64,000 nt of DNA, taken from positions 1,696,001 to 1,760,000 of the forward strand of contig CBDCCK010000002.1 in NCBI GenBank assembly GCA_965214835.1, written 5' to 3'. The stretch's first letter is position 1; every line of letters begins with the position of its first letter. The notes below the pieces were generated by a model. It was not told the origin of the DNA and ran no database searches. It saw only the letters and a program-made list of their open reading frames with translations. Shown piece by piece: positions 50,957 to 61,485 of this stretch. Position numbers and translations under genes: made by a program. Origin of the DNA: Nitrosopumilaceae archaeon (GTDB lineage Archaea > Thermoproteota > Nitrososphaeria > Nitrososphaerales > Nitrosopumilaceae).

Positions 50957-51381
50957 ATGATATACTCGGTACGGCTTCCTGCCGGCTATGTGTCCGACGT
51001 GCATGAATGTCATGTGGAGATGGCCACTGGAGGCGACGTGACCTCCGATGGTCATGCGTGCATGGGAGACTATGGTGGTGCGCTTCTAATGCACTTGGAG
51101 TTCGAGGGCGACCTGTCGGATTCTGCGGGCGGAGGCGGCGGCACGGCGCACGGAGATATCAGGTATACATGATCAGATGCGGCATCCACAAAATACTGGA
51201 TCATCATAAGTGTGGGGGCAAGTTTGCAGAGGATCCTCGGGCGTGGACAATCGAGGACAGCATGTAAGCTGGACTGCCGGTCTACAGAACCGCCTGGATA
51301 CTGCCATCATCCCGCCCCATCTGATCTGTCCGGCATCCCTCTCCTGATTTTGATCCGATCAGCACATATTTGACACCAGAT

Positions 51382-51491
51382 GGTAACAGCTCGGGCTTAG
51401 TGATTTTACGGTTTTAGTTGCGAACTACATCCGCAAAGGCCTCCTTGGAGGTAAAATTCACGCCTGAACTTCCAGGGCCCGGGCTGTTGCC
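51382..51491. mobile_element. GGTAACAG-family MITE (copy C)
   Basis: GGTAACAGCTCGGGC ... AAAATTCACGCCTGAACTTCCAGGGCCCGGGCTGTTGCC. Confidence 0.7.
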
Positions 51492-51655
51492 AATTGGGTC
51501 TGACTTTACATGGCATAGGATACGCGGGTCAGGGAGTCAGCGTGATGCGCATAGTTGAAAATGGATCCTTTTTTTGTAGGAGCAGGCACGATGTGTCAAA
51601 ACCCTGATCCGTTTTTTTTGATGTGCGCACCGGCAGCTGGGCCAATCTGTGAAAA

Positions 51656-52423
51656 TCATGCCTGGTTTAGAACCCAGTCGTACCCCTTCTCGTCAAGCTC
51701 GTCGGCAAGGGAGGCGTCCCCGCTCTTGAGGATCTGGCCCCTTGCAAAGACGTGGACGTGATCAAGCTTGCTTAGGAACTTTAGAATCCTTGCATAGTGC
51801 GTGATTACAATCACGGTAGAGTCCTTTGCAGAGACCTCACTGATCGCCTTTGCGACTGCCTGAACCGCATCGATGTCCAGTCCAGAGTCCGGCTCGTCTA
51901 GGATCGAGATTTTCGGCCTGAGAACTGCCATTTGAAGTACCTCTGACCTTTTCTTCTCCCCCCCTGAGAATCCCTCGTTCAGATACCTGGAAAGGAACTC
52001 GTCATGCAGGCCCACCTTTGCCAGGTTGTCCTTGAGGTACTTTTGGAACTCTCTTACCGTGATGAACACCTCCCTGTCATCTCCCTGCAGCGCCTTGCTC
52101 AGCGAGTTGTAGGACGTCCTTAAAAAATGTGAAAAGCCAACACCGGATACCTCCGTGGGGTACTGGAACCCTAGGAACAGCCCCCTCTTTGCCCTCTCGT
52201 CTGCCGATAGCTCCAGAATGCTCTGCCCGTCTAGCAGAATGTCCCCCGAGGTGACCTCGTACTTCGGATGGGCCAGAAGCGTATAGGACAGCGTGCTCTT
52301 TCCAGAGCCGTTTGGCCCCATGATGGCATGAACCTCGCCGGGGCCCGTCTTGAGGTTGACGCCCTTGAGGATCTCCTTGCCCTCCCTGGATACGTGCAGA
52401 TCCTTGATCTCCAGCACTGCCAT
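51656..52423 (-). CDS. sufC: Fe-S assembly ATPase SufC
   Basis: MGPNGSGKSTL, FQYP, LNEGFSGGEKKR, DEPDSGLDIDA. Confidence 0.97.
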   Translation of the reverse strand: MAVLEIKDLHVSREGKEILKGVNLKTGPGEVHAIMGPNGSGKSTLSYTLLAHPKYEVTSGDILLDGQSILELSADERAKRGLFLGFQYPTEVSGVGFSHFLRTSYNSLSKALQGDDREVFITVREFQKYLKDNLAKVGLHDEFLSRYLNEGFSGGEKKRSEVLQMAVLRPKISILDEPDSGLDIDAVQAVAKAISEVSAKDSTVIVITHYARILKFLSKLDHVHVFARGQILKSGDASLADELDEKGYDWVLNQA

Positions 52424-52504
52424 AGAGTCCGCAGATCCCTTTCTCTATATAATACCCGCGAAATTTAGCTGTTCCTAATCAGCCTTCCCAGTTCCCCACA
52501 AAAT

Positions 52505-52656
52505 GGTAACAGCTCGGACTCTGGAAGCTCAGGCATGAATTTTACGTAGCAGCTCGGGCTCCGGAAGCTCGGGTGTGAATTTTGTAACCGATAAATGTCG
52601 ATCAAAGAGAATTTGTGCCTGAAATCAGAAACGGCTTTCAGAACCCGATCAGTTAC
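52505..52656. mobile_element. GGTAACAG-family MITE (copy D, inverted, with a duplicated end)
   Basis: CAGCTCGG.CTC.GGAAGCTC.GG..TGAATTTT occurs twice in tandem; ends with CAGTTAC. Confidence 0.65.
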
Positions 52657-52768
52657 GCATAATCTTGATCTCTAAATTAGGCAATGAACCTAGCGTGGTC
52701 TTGGCGCATGTGGATCCAAGCGGTGATCAAAGATTGGCCGTGCTTAGCCTGAACGATTGCATCCAATA

Positions 52769-53354
52769 TCAGTCACCGTACCTGGCATAGTGCGCGTCAA
52801 GCTCGGCGTGCCACTTCTTGATGGCCTGTCTTACAGGCTCTACGGCTTCTGGGTCAAGCTCGCTCATTTCAAACTGACCATGGCAACGATATATGGCCAG
52901 CTGCCTTGCAGTCTCAAACTCACTACCGCAATTCTTGGGTGCCTTCCAAGCAGGGTTTTTGAAGACCTGCTCAGATAAACCTCTTGTTTGCATTCTTATC
53001 AATCACCAGTATTGTCATTTGGTTGTGCTTCTTTTTAGGCCTTAACAGGTTTCCCTCGTCGTCGCTGACTATCATACTCACATCATTGTACGGCTTGGAA
53101 TCCTGACGCTCCGAGTCTGTCCATGTCCCTATGGCAGGCGTATGTCCCTCATCTATGGTTTTCCTGAAGGCCTCCTTGGAGGATTCGTCAAACGGCTTTG
53201 TATGGTGGGTGCGTCCAATTATCCCTACGGGTTTGCCGTCTATGCCGTGCACATCATAGAATTTCCTGCGATGTTCCGGGTTGTCAGCATCAAAGACCGA
53301 ATTTGTTACATAATCCCACGTTCCTGTAGCGCCCATTGCAATGAGCCGGTTCAT
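52769..53354 (-). CDS. Two overlapping hypothetical ORFs (52971-53354 and 52769-53002)
   Basis: Plausible globular compositions; no recognisable family. Confidence 0.45.
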
Positions 53355-53541
53355 CGCCGGAAGGCCATTGGAGAACTCAGATGTCTTTATACTGCCGCCA
53401 TGCCTGCTAGCGGGATCCGGTCTTGCAGACTAGCCCTTTTTGTAGTTCATCGCAGACCACTCGCCTCTACATTCTCAGTGAACCTTCTCCTTATCCGTTT
53501 TGTGCCAAGACTCGGTATGTGTTATATGGAAATAATGTCCG

Positions 53542-53757
53542 CTATTCATTGATGTCCCTCTCCATCCATTTTGGGTCGGATTTCCTGATCGTTTCTGTGG
53601 CCGTTTTGTCCGAGAACGCCATGATGGGCGTCTGGCGGTGGGCTATGTCCAGCCCAAAGTGCAGCCTGCGTTCGTTATAGTACTTGATGTATGCTGCCAG
53701 GCTCTCATAGTGACGGATTTCGGCCTCTATGCTGCCGTGGAATCGCAGTAGGTCCAC
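53542..53757 (-). pseudogene. IS481/IS3-type integrase-core C-terminal remnant
   Basis: YIKYYNERRLH..L.....TP..AF. Confidence 0.7.
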
Positions 53758-54010
53758 ATCTGGGAAGACGTGGACCGCCCCGGTTCACGTCTGATATGCG
53801 ACGGCACGCAGACGGCAGAGGGCGACTGGGACGCCTATGATATCCCTACAATTATTTTTGTACGAGGCCCCCCTCGCCGGACGCGCTAATCCCTAACCAC
53901 ACCAAGAATGCAGACGAGTTTGGCAGGCTACACGGCAACGCCAGAGGGGTTAGCGCCAATGGGCGGCCTGAGATTGCCTGAACACACGATTTGTAAAGCC
54001 TAGAAATTTT

Positions 54011-55501
54011 TCACACCAGCAGCAAGAACAGGGAAGCAGGGATTAAAACCGCCTCGTTTTCCACCCGAAGATCATTTTTGGTTATGATGATTCCTCTTTT
54101 TGTCTTGGTTGCCTTTTTAAAATCAATCAGGCCGCCAAAATCGTCTTTTTTTATGTTATTTTGATACTTTACTTCAATTGGGATTAGCGAATCGCCATCC
54201 CTCACTACAAAATCTACCTCTCGTTTATCCTTACTTTTCCAATAAAACACCGAGGACTGGTAATCAAATCCCGTCTTTTTTCTAGCCATGTTAAATGCCA
54301 TTCGGATGCAGTGGTCTGCCACCGTCTGCTCGACCAGAGGGCCTTTGAATTCTGCACTATCTAATAGTTTTATGCTATATTCATAGGGGCTCTTTTGAGA
54401 GATGTGACCGTTCAAAGCGTGAAAAAAGAAGGGATCCTGAAAGAATATTTTCTTTAAACCGTCAAATTTTGGCTTGTCCTCACTGGAGTTATACCTATAA
54501 AAAACTGAGAGGACAAACATGTCCGACAGGGTTTTTACATATTCCTCGACTGTGTGGTGGCTGCCAATATCGGAGTTTTTCTTTAGCGAGTCCCACGATA
54601 CAGGATTGCTGATAGACTTTATTATGTTTGGGATCAGTTGAACCATATACGACGCATCTTTGTCTGCACGACGCAAATCCCCAATTGCAGAATCAACATA
54701 AATCTGATAAACAGAATCTTGAACGAACCCATTTTTTAAAAATTCGTTGATTGCTGCCGGAACACCTCCGGTAATCAAATAATCGTCAAGGTATCTGTCC
54801 AGTTCATTTTGGAAAGCAGACATTTCAAGCAGTGCATCGTCCGTCCTTCCATCTGCCAACCCCCTAATCGCGGAGAAGCGATTTTTTGCAAGAGTCAAGG
54901 ATCTGTCCGAAATTTCCTTGGCTAAACTTTTATCGATGGTTGGGATATATTCACCAAACTTCATGGGGGGCATAATTTTATCCAGAGTTTCGTTTGTCGG
55001 AATCCCCCTTCTTCCTGGTAACAGCTCCGTGGCATGTCTTAGATCGATAGAATGAGAGCCGGTTGCTAGGACGGTGCAATTTTTTAATTTTCCCTGATCC
55101 TTTAGTTTTTTTATTGCCTTGTGCCAGTCTTTTACGTTTGAAATCTCGTCAAGGTAGATGAAACGGCGTTTCTTCCCGTCATGTTTTGCCCTATTCAAAT
55201 ACTCGTTTATTACACTAATAACATCTCGGGGACTGTTTTCAAGCTCGAATGAATAATACGCCACATTCCATTTTGGCACCATTTGTAACACCCGTTGAAT
55301 CTCAAGCTTGGCCAAGGTAGTCTTGCCTACCTGTCTGGGCCCTTTCAGGGAATATACAAAATCTTCATCTTGAAGGGTCTTTCTGATTCTGGGATCCCAT
55401 CCCAGGCTGGATTGTTTCCAAGCAATTATGTGAGGATCCTTTTCTATCGCAGTTTCGTCCTTCCACCAAGGGTTGTATTCCAAAAGCTCACTGGCATACA
55501 T
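54011..55501 (-). CDS. AAA+ ATPase, AAA_14 + DUF4143 (PD-(D/E)XK-like C-terminus)
   Basis: NPWW, GPRQVGKTT, YLDEI, TGS, Y..TGG.P, EVDFV...IPIEVKY. Confidence 0.92.
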   Translation of the reverse strand: MYASELLEYNPWWKDETAIEKDPHIIAWKQSSLGWDPRIRKTLQDEDFVYSLKGPRQVGKTTLAKLEIQRVLQMVPKWNVAYYSFELENSPRDVISVINEYLNRAKHDGKKRRFIYLDEISNVKDWHKAIKKLKDQGKLKNCTVLATGSHSIDLRHATELLPGRRGIPTNETLDKIMPPMKFGEYIPTIDKSLAKEISDRSLTLAKNRFSAIRGLADGRTDDALLEMSAFQNELDRYLDDYLITGGVPAAINEFLKNGFVQDSVYQIYVDSAIGDLRRADKDASYMVQLIPNIIKSISNPVSWDSLKKNSDIGSHHTVEEYVKTLSDMFVLSVFYRYNSSEDKPKFDGLKKIFFQDPFFFHALNGHISQKSPYEYSIKLLDSAEFKGPLVEQTVADHCIRMAFNMARKKTGFDYQSSVFYWKSKDKREVDFVVRDGDSLIPIEVKYQNNIKKDDFGGLIDFKKATKTKRGIIITKNDLRVENEAVLIPASLFLLLV

Positions 55502-55509
55502 GCATTGTA

Positions 55510-55583
55510 GACTGCCAGACTCTTTATAAATAAAACCAATTTGACTGCCAGACTCTTTATAAATAAAACCAATTTGACTGCCA
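55510..55583 (-). promoter_or_regulatory. 33-bp tandem duplication (~2.2 copies) containing a TATA box upstream of the AAA ATPase
   Basis: GACTGCCAGACTCTTTATAAATAAAACCAATTT at 55510 and 55543. Confidence 0.8.
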
Positions 55584-55996
55584 TGTGCATTATAAGCAAG
55601 GAATTTTGCACTCTGATTTTGTATACGGACGAGGTTCCGTGCATCCGAAAATCACTTCCTGATGCCCGAGTCTTTCCCAGATGTGACCGACTCCTGACAG
55701 CGCAGACGGCGGCATGCGGATCTGCAGGCTGATCTAATACGGGGGTATTTTTCGCTTAGCTGAAGCACAGTCTTTCCAGAAGTCAGCGCGCAAGGTGCAT
55801 GGGAAGACAGCCGTTGATCCACATCGCCACTGCTACGGGCTCGGGTGTTTTAACCCGTGTTCAGGAGTTCCCCACAAGACAGCTCCGAATTTGACACAAT
55901 TAAGATTAGGCTGCCTGCAAATCCGTATGCCGCCTCCGTGAGCCGAGTACATCTGGGAAGACTGCTAATGGTACTAAAAATAAAAAATAGGGGGGA

Positions 55997-56956
55997 TTAT
56001 TTTCTGGCCAGAGTGGGCCTCAGCGCAACCTTGAGCTTGTATCTAGTCAGGATCTCCTTGCATCGGTTACGGATTGTAACCTCCGTGACGCCCGCAATGT
56101 CTGAGACGTCCCTTTGCAGGACGCTTTGCCCCAAAAGGACGGACGCTATATACAGATATGCTGCGGCGATTCCGTTTGGAGCCTTGCCGTCTGCAAGCTG
56201 GCTGTCCTTGGTCTTTTCTGCGATCTCCAGTGCAAATCTCTCTACTCTGACGTCTGTGTGGGTCAGGTTTGCCATCTTTGAGATATACTTGTCCATGGTG
56301 AGAACCGGTGCTACGACTGAGCCCATCTCCATCACCATAATCCTGTAGTATCTTGCGGCCAGCTTTGACTTGGCCTTGACGTCCTTTGGAGTGCAGATTG
56401 CCCTGGTGATCTCCTCCAGGGATCTGACCACGTCGCACTGCTTGCATGCCATGTATACCGTTGCCACAGAAATGCTTGTGACAGACTTTCCCTTCACCTC
56501 CATGTGCTCGTCTAGGCCTCTGTAGATCATAGATGCCGTCTCCAAGACGTTCCTTGGAAGGGAAAGGTTCTGACATGTCTCTGAGACCTTCATCAGAACG
56601 TTTGCAAGCCTCCTTTCTCTGGGCGACGATACCCTGACCCTCTGCTGCCATTTTCTCAGGTTGTGCATCTGGGATGCAACCTGGGCGTCGATTCTCTTTC
56701 CGCTAAAGTCCTTGGAGCTTATGGAGATCTCCGTCGTTATTCCCAGGTCGTGCTGGGACAGTGTCGTCTGTCCGGTAGCCCTTGCCATCTTCATCTTTTC
56801 TTCAAGACTGCTTGATATTGATTCTGGACCATAGTCTGCCATCTGTTCTGCCACGACAACGCCGCAGCTGGAGCAAATCCTCTCGCCGTTCTGAAGGTCG
56901 TCTACTAGCGCAGACTGACACTCAGGACAGCAGTGTGTTGTTTCTAGTGTGTTCAT
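55997..56956 (-). CDS. tfb: Transcription initiation factor IIB
   Basis: CPEC...ICSSCG zinc ribbon, LRKWQ.R.R, ERRL, GKAPNG, AGVTEVTIRNR. Confidence 0.95.
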   Translation of the reverse strand: MNTLETTHCCPECQSALVDDLQNGERICSSCGVVVAEQMADYGPESISSSLEEKMKMARATGQTTLSQHDLGITTEISISSKDFSGKRIDAQVASQMHNLRKWQQRVRVSSPRERRLANVLMKVSETCQNLSLPRNVLETASMIYRGLDEHMEVKGKSVTSISVATVYMACKQCDVVRSLEEITRAICTPKDVKAKSKLAARYYRIMVMEMGSVVAPVLTMDKYISKMANLTHTDVRVERFALEIAEKTKDSQLADGKAPNGIAAAYLYIASVLLGQSVLQRDVSDIAGVTEVTIRNRCKEILTRYKLKVALRPTLARK

Positions 56957-57222
56957 CTTTGTTTTCTCCTGAATTTTTTTTGTTTAACTGCAGGGGATAG
57001 TTCTGAGGCGAAAACCCTCTTGCCGGTGAACTTTTTTATGTTGTTGGTCAGCGAGGATGCAGATGCATATGGACTGTCCACTGGACCGATTAGCTCCATA
57101 ACCTTTGCAACCTTCACACTGTTTTCATCGCAGAGTATCTGCCCTTCATCGACCTTACTTGAAAGCCTGACAATTACCCTGCCGCTACTGGCCAAGTGTG
57201 ATATTTCGCCTACCTCCTGCAA
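56953..57222 (-). CDS. gar1: H/ACA RNP protein Gar1/Naf1
   Basis: KVAKVMELIGPVDSPYA; located upstream of tfb. Confidence 0.85.
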   Translation of the reverse strand: MQEVGEISHLASSGRVIVRLSSKVDEGQILCDENSVKVAKVMELIGPVDSPYASASSLTNNIKKFTGKRVFASELSPAVKQKKFRRKQR

Positions 57223-57296
57223 CTACCAATCAGAGCAAACTGATAGTTATCATATACTTCTGTCAATTTTACTTTAGCTACAAGCTAGAATTGATC

Positions 57297-57596
57297 TCAT
57301 TTTGACTGTTTGGACCTCTTTGCAACCATCTTTTCTGAGATTTTGTCAAGAATTCTTGTCTTCGGGGATCCCTTTGGCAGTACGATGTATCCTGACCTGA
57401 CGTACGGCCTCCTAGGAAACCTTACCGAGTCCTCCGACTCTACAACCTTGAACCCTGCGGCCCTTGCGGCGTCTGACAGCTCGTTTAATGACGGGTCAAA
57501 AACGCATCCGTCCCTGCCAACGCGCCTCCCCTTTGAGCGCGGCAGCGTCTTGTTGAAATAGTCCAGCCAGATCACGACATGCTCGTAATCCTTCAT
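57297..57596 (-). CDS. srp19: Signal recognition particle protein SRP19
   Basis: VIWLDYF....RSKGRRV....P.L.EL..AA...G....FPR. Confidence 0.9.
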   Translation of the reverse strand: MKDYEHVVIWLDYFNKTLPRSKGRRVGRDGCVFDPSLNELSDAARAAGFKVVESEDSVRFPRRPYVRSGYIVLPKGSPKTRILDKISEKMVAKRSKQSK

Positions 57597-58580
57597 TTAC
57601 GCATCACCTCCAATTCGATCATCTTAGCTACTTGTCCCCCCAGCTTTTATGTGCATTTCTGAGCCCTCCAACATGTCACCTGTGGCCGTCCTACATCATT
57701 AAGTTTTGTCCTTCGTGCCGTTCTCCCCAGTCGGTGCATGTATGGCTCCCACTCTGATTTTTGCACGTTTTTTGCAGTTGAAAATGTACGCCCCAAATTT
57801 CACCTCTGAAGTCGCACCTCCACCCATCCACGATCCTGCACGCATGGGATCCTGCATGCCAAGGCTCCATGCAACGGCAATGGGAGGCAGCAACACGTTT
57901 ACAACTATTGGGATTTTGATGCCGTCATCTCCGGATGGTCCTTATCGATGTGCAAGACCGCTCCCACCGGCCGTAGATGGCCTTCAAGAACTTATGGTTG
58001 CAGGCATATGATTTGTGGACAGCCTGATTCCTCAAATATTGCAATCATGATTGATGGATCAAGTACCTTCAAAAAGTCACCACGAAGTTTGCCGTGTACT
58101 TTTTTTATGATGTGGCTGTGTGGGTTGTTTGACAGTTCAAGCCCTTTCTGCCAGAGTCTTGTTTTTGACTAGCGGAGGGACACGTCTTTTCATGTGTGGT
58201 TTTGAGTTATCGTACCTGGCTGATTCGCTAGTCACGTCTGGACGTGCATAATACACATAAGCAAAGATCTCCCTGGCACTCATGTCACTAAGGGACTACG
58301 TGCATGGGCCACGTCCTTTTACTGCATGAAAATCCCAGTCACATGCAAAACCATGTGGTTGGCAAGGGGCGGTGACCCCGTACCCCCGTATCCGGTCAGC
58401 AAACCAACATTTTTTCATTTTCCTTCAACTCAAACCCCACTGCCATGTGCCTGCACTCCTCGGCCAATCTGACTCTCCCCGTCACAAAAACTCCGACATC
58501 CTCCGGGCATCTGGCATTCCCATCTGCTCCCCTGCCATATGGCCATAATTGTCCGCATTATAGCTGGCCTGCTCTTTAGC

Positions 58581-58675
58581 CTATAGTGGCGACTGAAAGT
58601 TTTTGAGCACCTATGGGCATGAAATATGCAGGAAGACGCTTTTTGATGATCAAAGACTTTCAGTCGCCACTATAG
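58581..58675. mobile_element. 95-bp IS630-type MITE with 26-bp TIRs
   Basis: CTATAGTGGCGACTGAAAGTTTTTGA / TCAAAGACTTTCAGTCGCCACTATAG (one mismatch). Confidence 0.85.
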
Positions 58676-59186
58676 TCCTGTTTGCCTGAAAGCAGAACCA
58701 TCGTTTTTTGTTGCCCTGTCATGCCTTTGGCTGGCTCATCACGGGCATTAAATGGCAGAACCATCAATCTTTGCAGCCGGCCCTGCACCATTGGCCATTT
58801 TTTGCCTCAAACTCGCCATTCCTCCATCCTGATTATTTTGATATGCAGGTCAAAGTCCGAATATCGTACGGGGGGGGGGTTGTCTTGTAATTCCACTCGT
58901 TTGGATCAATTGGCATATTTTTGAGTTTTCCCCTTTTTTCACGCCTAGCCCAGATGGCACCTTGCGGTTTTCAGGGATTCTGAATTGGACGGCAGCCCCC
59001 GTACGAGGCCGCCTCCCCCCAAACAAACATGCAAGTTTGCCGCAGCTGTGACTTTTGCGCCCAGCAGGGGGCCGTGATCTCGTGCCGAATACCGCATGCC
59101 TGCTGATTGAACCCCCCACAGTGGCACAAAACTAGGCAGCATCGTAAAATCCCTGCTCCGAACGTGGAGGCTAGACCACCATCTTA

Positions 59187-59567
59187 TCACTTTACCAAGA
59201 CGGCATTTACCACGCCGTCTTGCCCTGGCCTTGAGACAATCCTGCATTTTCCGTCCTCCGTTTCAAGGACTGCGCCCTTTGTAATCACGCCACGGCGTCT
59301 GTAGTCGTTGTTTGTCGGGTTTTCCAATACCTTGAGAATCTTTGTCTTTTTTACCCTGCCGTCTTCGGTGACCAGGTTTGCAAAGTCAATTGTTTTTAGT
59401 GCCGTTTTGCTGTTGCCGCCCCTGACCCTTCTTGTAATTGTTACCTGTGCGCCCGTAAGTGCCTCGTTTGGGTACCTGTCTGTCTCGTACTTTCGCCTGA
59501 TTCTTAGCGGATGACGGATGCCTCCGGTTATCTTGCTGGTTGCCAGGTTCTCTACGGATTTTCTCAC
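59187..59567 (-). CDS. rps8e: 30S ribosomal protein S8e
   Basis: KITGG, RRKYE, RVRGGN, ITKGAV, SRPGQDGVVNAVL. Confidence 0.96.
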   Translation of the reverse strand: MRKSVENLATSKITGGIRHPLRIRRKYETDRYPNEALTGAQVTITRRVRGGNSKTALKTIDFANLVTEDGRVKKTKILKVLENPTNNDYRRRGVITKGAVLETEDGKCRIVSRPGQDGVVNAVLVK

Positions 59568-59626
59568 GCGTTACCTCAAGTCCACTCTAATTTATACACA
59601 GCGGCAAATTCGTGCACAGAATGTGA

Positions 59627-60181
59627 CTATGTAAGCGTGTTTTCCACCTGGTGCCCTGATACCCTTCTTACCTTCTTGAAGAGCTTTTGCTTGAGCGAGT
59701 CCGCATCCCCCTGGATCCCGAAATATTTCTGGAACTTTTCAGTCGTGGTGTATATTTTGAGCCTCCCGACATTTTGGTGCCGGATAAAGTCAAGCTGTCT
59801 GAGCTCCTTTAGGTGGGAGTATACCCCCGTTCCCCTAGTTTCCACCAGCTGCTTTGAGGAGATCGGCTGCATGTATGCGACATATGACAGCGTCTTGAGT
59901 GTGGCCTTTGGCAGGATTGGCTTTGACGCATACCGTCTGATCACGTCCGTATATTCGGGCTTTAGCTGAAACACGTACGTTCCATCCGGAAGTATGACCA
60001 CCTCCAATGCCTTGAAGTTGGCCTTTGTCTTTTTCATAATCCGGCTTAGAATCTCCAGTGTTTTCGTTCTAGATTCGGTCCCTGACGCCCTTATGATCTC
60101 CTCTATTCTCAGCGGCCTTCCGGCCGAATACAGTGCGGCCTCTGTCCTCGCTATTGCCTCGTTCTGGCCGATTTTCTCCAG
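59627..60181 (-). CDS. scpB: SMC-Scp complex subunit ScpB
   Basis: EAALYSAGRPL, TLSYVAYMQPI, RG, YTTTEKFQKYFGI; the only candidate start before the conserved N-terminus is CTG at 60181. Confidence 0.88.
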   Translation of the reverse strand: MEKIGQNEAIARTEAALYSAGRPLRIEEIIRASGTESRTKTLEILSRIMKKTKANFKALEVVILPDGTYVFQLKPEYTDVIRRYASKPILPKATLKTLSYVAYMQPISSKQLVETRGTGVYSHLKELRQLDFIRHQNVGRLKIYTTTEKFQKYFGIQGDADSLKQKLFKKVRRVSGHQVENTLT

Positions 60182-60880
60182 CTATGGCACCTCCTGATTC
60201 CCATGCACTGCCGGCTCTTGGCCTAGCAGCGTTATCCTGATGTCCTCGCCGGCCTGCTCCAGATCGACTTTTCCATCCCTTGCCAAAAACAATACTGCAA
60301 AAAAGCACCTGATCGAGTCCACCCCGTCCAGATCCGCCGTGATGTCCTGAAGCATTCCAAACCCTGCCGCCGTGATCTTCCTTAGCACCAAATCCTCGTA
60401 TTTTTCAATGATGTTCTCTAGCGAAATAAAATACTCCTCAAAGTTCGGGGTCTCGACTGGCTCGAAGCTCATCCTGTTACCCCTTCTTGACTGCGGGTTT
60501 GCAATGGAGCCAATCAGGTTTTCAAGCAGTCCAAGCAGCTCGTCAAGTGTCACGGGATATGTTGATTCGTGCCTGTATGGCATGTTGACCAGTTCAATGT
60601 CCACATCCTTTCTCTGGCGCATCGGCTTTTTCTCCATTGCCGCCTTTTGCAGTGCAAATATGCTCTCCACCTTCATCCTGTATATCAGTGAAGACGACAG
60701 AGCCGCCATGCCTGCCACGCGGAGGTCTTTTTTGCCGCCCTTCTCCAGAATCCTGATCAGGAGCCTGAGAATACTGATCAGGTCAATCTCCCATACGTCC
60801 CGCTTTGCGATTGCTGACGTGTTAAACAGCACATTGACTGGGGCCTGGGAGATGCTGGTGGGGGAACCGTCTTGACTCAT
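60182..60880 (-). CDS. scpA: Segregation/condensation protein ScpA
   Basis: DVWEIDL, PVTLDELL, FFAVLFLARDGKVDLEQ. Confidence 0.88.
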   Translation of the reverse strand: MSQDGSPTSISQAPVNVLFNTSAIAKRDVWEIDLISILRLLIRILEKGGKKDLRVAGMAALSSSLIYRMKVESIFALQKAAMEKKPMRQRKDVDIELVNMPYRHESTYPVTLDELLGLLENLIGSIANPQSRRGNRMSFEPVETPNFEEYFISLENIIEKYEDLVLRKITAAGFGMLQDITADLDGVDSIRCFFAVLFLARDGKVDLEQAGEDIRITLLGQEPAVHGNQEVP

Positions 60881-61485
60881 ACGAGATTTTTCGTAGTGTT
60901 ACATAATATATAGAAGCTCTATTTTTTTGTCCCTTCCAGTCAACTCTTATCTTGCGGTCAAAGCCTAGCAGTTGATCGCTTGTCCCCTAGATCATCTCCT
61001 TGATCATGCTATCAAGGAGTACGAGGTCACGTCCCATTGCTGACCAGGCATGGAAATCATAGATATGCATGCCAACTCGCGCTTAATTGCACAGTGAAAG
61101 ACGGCCTCACACCCTCTCCATGCCTGCAGGGGGCCGGGGGGGGGGGGGACAAAATTACTAATTTCGTTTACGTGCAAGGTCTTGTGACGCAAAAGTTCTT
61201 GTAGTATTCCATGATCAGACACTCCTACAAGCAACAGGTGATCTTCAAGAATTTATGATTGCCAGTATGGCATATGGATCAGTACCATCATCAATATTTT
61301 ACTGACTGTCAAGGGCACGTGGCCTCATGATTTTTTGATCTGTACTGATTGCAAAGTACAACAACAGCTGCAGATCACTGTAAGGGAGTGACTGCATGCA
61401 GTACCTGCTGCAGCAAAAACCGGGATAGGCAATTTTGTTGTAAGGTGAATTCTTTGTTTAAATAAGGCACGGATTTAGCCAGTCC

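Noticed and set aside
53860-53990. Structured RNA (GCGCTAATCCCT / AGGGGTTAGCGC stem) or diverged IS66 MITE
   Set aside because: Single stem, no TSD and no recognisable RNA family; the evidence is insufficient.
60950-61480. Gene or G-quadruplex element at the poly-G tract (~61136-61148)
   Set aside because: No credible ORF; the homopolymer alone is uninformative and error-prone.
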